From a virus (Duplodnaviria; Caudoviricetes), in the IMG/VR virus record IMGVR_UViG_3300031994_002623, positions 28,681 through 92,680 of that record: a stretch of 64,000 nt of DNA. One strand, written 5' to 3'. The notes below the pieces were generated by a model. That model was not told the origin of the DNA. It saw nothing but the letters and a program-made list of their open reading frames with translations, and did not search any database. The translations under genes and the position numbers were made by a program. Shown piece by piece: positions 61,663 to 64,000 of this stretch. Each line of letters opens with the position of its first letter. Positions within the stretch are counted from its first letter, which is position 1.

Positions 61663-61774
61663 TGGTAAGTACCAGAGGAGAACTAGGGAAACCTAGATGT
61701 AGACAAATGGGCATCAAGTTCGTGCTTGATGTGTCGCTAAGGCGGCTTCAGTAGTGCAAATCTACTCTTACCAA
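61663..61774 (+). ncRNA. Giant-D-loop tRNA-like RNA, copy E
   Basis: TGGTAAG/CTTACCA. Confidence 0.8.
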
Positions 61775-61789
61775 CTACTTCTCACGTTA

Positions 61790-62648
61790 TAGGCTTCGGC
61801 TGAAAACGAGGAAGATGGCTAGCTTTCGTAGCCATAAGGATAATCCAGTGATGGGATAAATGTGATGGGTTTAATCAACTACTCCGTCGCAGATGTTTGG
61901 AAACAGGCATTTCACAGAAAAGGACAAGGTGCGGTATCTTGTTCTGGTAACACAGTGCAGGGTGCTATCGAGGCTAAAAGGCTTCGGTTGAGTGGAAACA
62001 CAATAGAGTCCGAGTCGAATTCGATGCAATACTCACCAGGTGGCGTGTTGGATTCAGTTAATTTCTCAGCTTCACAGTGAATTAATAAGCTGAAAGCAGT
62101 GTGAGGGGCTTGCCCCAAGCATACGAGGTTTTAATAGCAGAGTAGACTTGTGGTGAGTCTGGTGCAGGATGGCGATTTAGTGGGCTGTGCTCAAAAGGCA
62201 CGGATGCTAAGGGTCGCACCTCGTCATCCAGTAGTTGGGAGTTGTAGCTCAAGTGGTAGAGCAGCCGACTTGAAATCAGCGTGTTATAGGTTCGATTCCT
62301 ATCGATTCAGTTAAAATAATTTGAATTAAAGCAAAAGTGTGCGACACTGGGCAGATAAAATGCACTTATCGCTCCTGCAATATGGAGGCATCGGGGACTC
62401 GCAAGGAATCCGATGAACGAGTAAGAGTAGTCATCTGAGTCAGCTGGAGGCATCCAGTGAGTCTGCAAGAGCTTGGTGGTGAAATGAATGTTATGATTCT
62501 GTACCGAAAGGTTTAAACCAGTAAGAGTTTGGTGGTTTTCGCAAAACCATCGTGCATGGTGTCTACGGCTATCGTAAGGTAGCGTGTGAACAACAACGTC
62601 CAACCGTTGTGAAAGGGCATCTACAATAAGACAACGTTCTCAGTCTTT
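61790..62648 (+). ncRNA. Large ornate RNA (GOLLD-like) with an embedded tRNA-like gene
   Basis: ~860 nt with no credible CDS; many GNRA/UUCG hairpins; long-range AATCCAGT/GTTGGATT pairing; GOLLD identity from recall only. Confidence 0.5.
62238..62310 (+). tRNA. tRNA with a TGA (Ser) anticodon but a short variable loop
   Basis: Canonical D/T arms; loop CTTGAAA; weak acceptor stem. Confidence 0.6.
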
Positions 62649-62658
62649 TGTATTTTAT

Positions 62659-62779
62659 GGGGTTATAGTTTAGCGGTTAAAATAATTTGTTACGAGCTAG
62701 TACTATACGCACTGACTTCGGGAAGTGTTGACGTGCTAGTAAATGATAAACGACGTTGGTTCGAATCCTTCTAGCCCTG
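62659..62779 (+). tRNA. tRNA-like gene whose anticodon arm is replaced by a long hairpin
   Basis: GGGGTTA/TAGCCCT, D and T arms; CTAGTAC/GTGCTAG extension. Confidence 0.55.
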
Positions 62780-62782
62780 CAA

Positions 62783-62910
62783 ATTGAGATTTACATAGTA
62801 GAAAAGCGAAGCACGTGTGAATCGGAGGTAACCAGTTCTAGTAGAAGCCTTCATCGGTGGGCTGGGCATAAATGAGGAGATACTACTATGTAGCTTGCAA
62901 GAATCTCAAT
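62783..62910 (+). ncRNA. 128-nt palindromic-bulge RNA C
   Basis: ATTGAGATT/AATCTCAAT, TACATAGTAG/CTACTATGTA, CTTGCAAG bulge. Confidence 0.55.
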
Positions 62911-62944
62911 CTTTTTAGGTAAGAGAATCTAATTTTTACAATAT

Positions 62945-63271
62945 ATGAAAGATTTTACTTACAGCGGTTTTGAGAACCAGGAAACATGTAATCACCTCAA
63001 AGGAGGAGAAACATGTAAGGTGACTGGTATTGGAAATTCCATGACACCTATTTTGAAATCAAGGCAACCAGTTATATGTGAGCCTGTGACTGATGAGACC
63101 ACACTAAAGAAGAGAGACATAGTTCTCTGTAAGGTGAGAGGACATCATTACTTACACTTGATACACGCCATACGGAACGATAAAGAGTTCTTAATTGGTA
63201 ATAATCATGGTCACATGAATGGCTGGGTTGGCAGAAACCAGATTTACGGTAAAGTCGTAGAAATTCTTTAA
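62945..63271 (+). CDS. S24/S26 peptidase-like protein
   Basis: GNSMTP...DIVLCKV.G..YLH...GNN.G..NGW. Confidence 0.6.
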   Translation: MKDFTYSGFENQETCNHLKGGETCKVTGIGNSMTPILKSRQPVICEPVTDETTLKKRDIVLCKVRGHHYLHLIHAIRNDKEFLIGNNHGHMNGWVGRNQIYGKVVEIL

Positions 63272-63412
63272 GGTCAAATGGTTGTATGAGGGTTCGATTC
63301 CCTTGTGACTGGCAAATGAAACAGATGGATGGATGGTCACTAAACAATCTGTTTTCATTGTATGCTCTTCATGGTATGCAGTTTGTTAGTTCTGTGCAAA
63401 AACTAACACTTT

Positions 63413-63484
63413 GGGGTTTGTAGTGTAATGGCTAGCACAAGTCCTTTGCAAGGATTTAGAGGGGTTCGAATCCCACATTCTCCA
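63413..63484 (+). tRNA. tRNA-Ala(TGC), near-duplicate of 49609 with a mismatched acceptor
   Basis: Nearly identical body; 3' strand CATTCTCC gives two U-U mismatches. Confidence 0.7.
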
Positions 63485-63485
63485 C

Positions 63486-63559
63486 AGTGACAGAGTGAAA
63501 CGGCTTACACGCTAGGCTCATAACCTAGAAACACCAGGTTCGACTCCTGGGTGTCGCTA
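63486..63559 (+). tRNA. tRNA-Met(CAT)
   Basis: CTAGG-CTCATAA-CCTAG. Confidence 0.78.
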
Positions 63560-63594
63560 CAAAACCACTCTGCTGCAAAAGCAGAAAAAACCAA

Positions 63595-63661
63595 GGAAGC
63601 TAACAGCAAGTCTCCTTTAGGCGGTAGAAATGCCGCTGTCACATAAACAGGAATGGCTTCC
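63595..63661 (+). ncRNA. CAGCA-stem (Y-like) RNA 10, GNRA-hairpin cargo
   Basis: GGAAGCT-AACAGCAA...GGCTTCC; GCGGTA-GAAA-TGCCGC. Confidence 0.7.
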
Positions 63662-63843
63662 GATTTTTAATAACAATTTAAATTTTAAGTATTATGAAGA
63701 AAAACAGTTTTTGGTAGGTTTCTAACCAGTTCTGGTAGCTGAAACTGATTCGTGGTCCCGATGTATGTTTTTAATTCTGAGAGGGAAAATAGTGAAGTAT
63801 TAACTAAATTATTAATAACAATCAAATTAAAAAACATACAACA

Positions 63844-64000
63844 ATGGAAAAGAAAATTTTTACAAATACAGAGACCACAAAAGAGCAGTATCTTAAGTTT
63901 AAGGAATTCATTAAGTCAGACGCAGAGAAAGACCATTCTGACTATGTAGCTTATTACATCTTCAAGCACAGGATAACTGGCGAGGAGCGTGACAAATACT
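63844..64000 (+). CDS. Partial hypothetical protein (runs off the window)
   Basis: ATG with an open frame to the window end. Confidence 0.45.
   Translation, partial: MEKKIFTNTETTKEQYLKFKEFIKSDAEKDHSDYVAYYIFKHRITGEERDKY

Noticed and set aside
59112-61774. CRISPR array suggested by repeated GAGGAGAAC/GATGTAGACAAAT
   Set aside because: Spacing is irregular, the units are ~110-nt covarying cloverleafs, and no cas genes are in the window
63694-63717. Trp-sensing leader peptide MKKNSFW*
   Set aside because: Only 7 codons, a single Trp, and no clear terminator/antiterminator; could be chance

Overview
The window is a segment of a large (jumbo/mega-type) tailed phage genome. The host is probably Bacteroidetes (Prevotella/Bacteroides-like), inferred from 22 copies of the Bacteroidetes primary-sigma -7 element TAnnTTTG (usually with a TT(T)G -33 element upstream) and a Bacteroidetes-style tmRNA tag. 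Genes read in the standard code. 0.1-9.5 kb: tail fibre/adhesin genes (S74 chaperone, Cys-rich BACON-like repeats). 9.8-38 kb: host-takeover and auxiliary genes (DnaK, DnaJ, IF-3, sigma-70, TyrRS, NadE, RtcB, SSB, TelA, FNT channel, macro domain, and a DUF2828/Ro60-like VWA protein). 38-64 kb: an RNA-gene island of about 26 kb with about 40 conventional tRNAs clustered by amino acid, a tmRNA, a GOLLD-like RNA, two HNH endonucleases and several multi-copy structured RNA families. The main candidate novel system is ten RNAs that share a covarying terminal stem plus an invariant CAGCA motif. Five of them carry circularly permuted tRNA modules (His, Met, Gly, Lys, class-II-like), the architecture of bacterial Y RNAs, and they sit in a genome encoding a Ro60-like protein and RtcB. 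Other candidates: four tRNAs whose D-arm is internally permuted into the variable region, five tRNA-shaped RNAs with a giant conserved D-loop, a 23S rRNA L11-binding-domain mimic, three 128-nt RNAs with a palindromic bulge, and leader-peptide attenuators upstream of tRNA blocks. All RNA folds were derived by eye, and no database searches were run.
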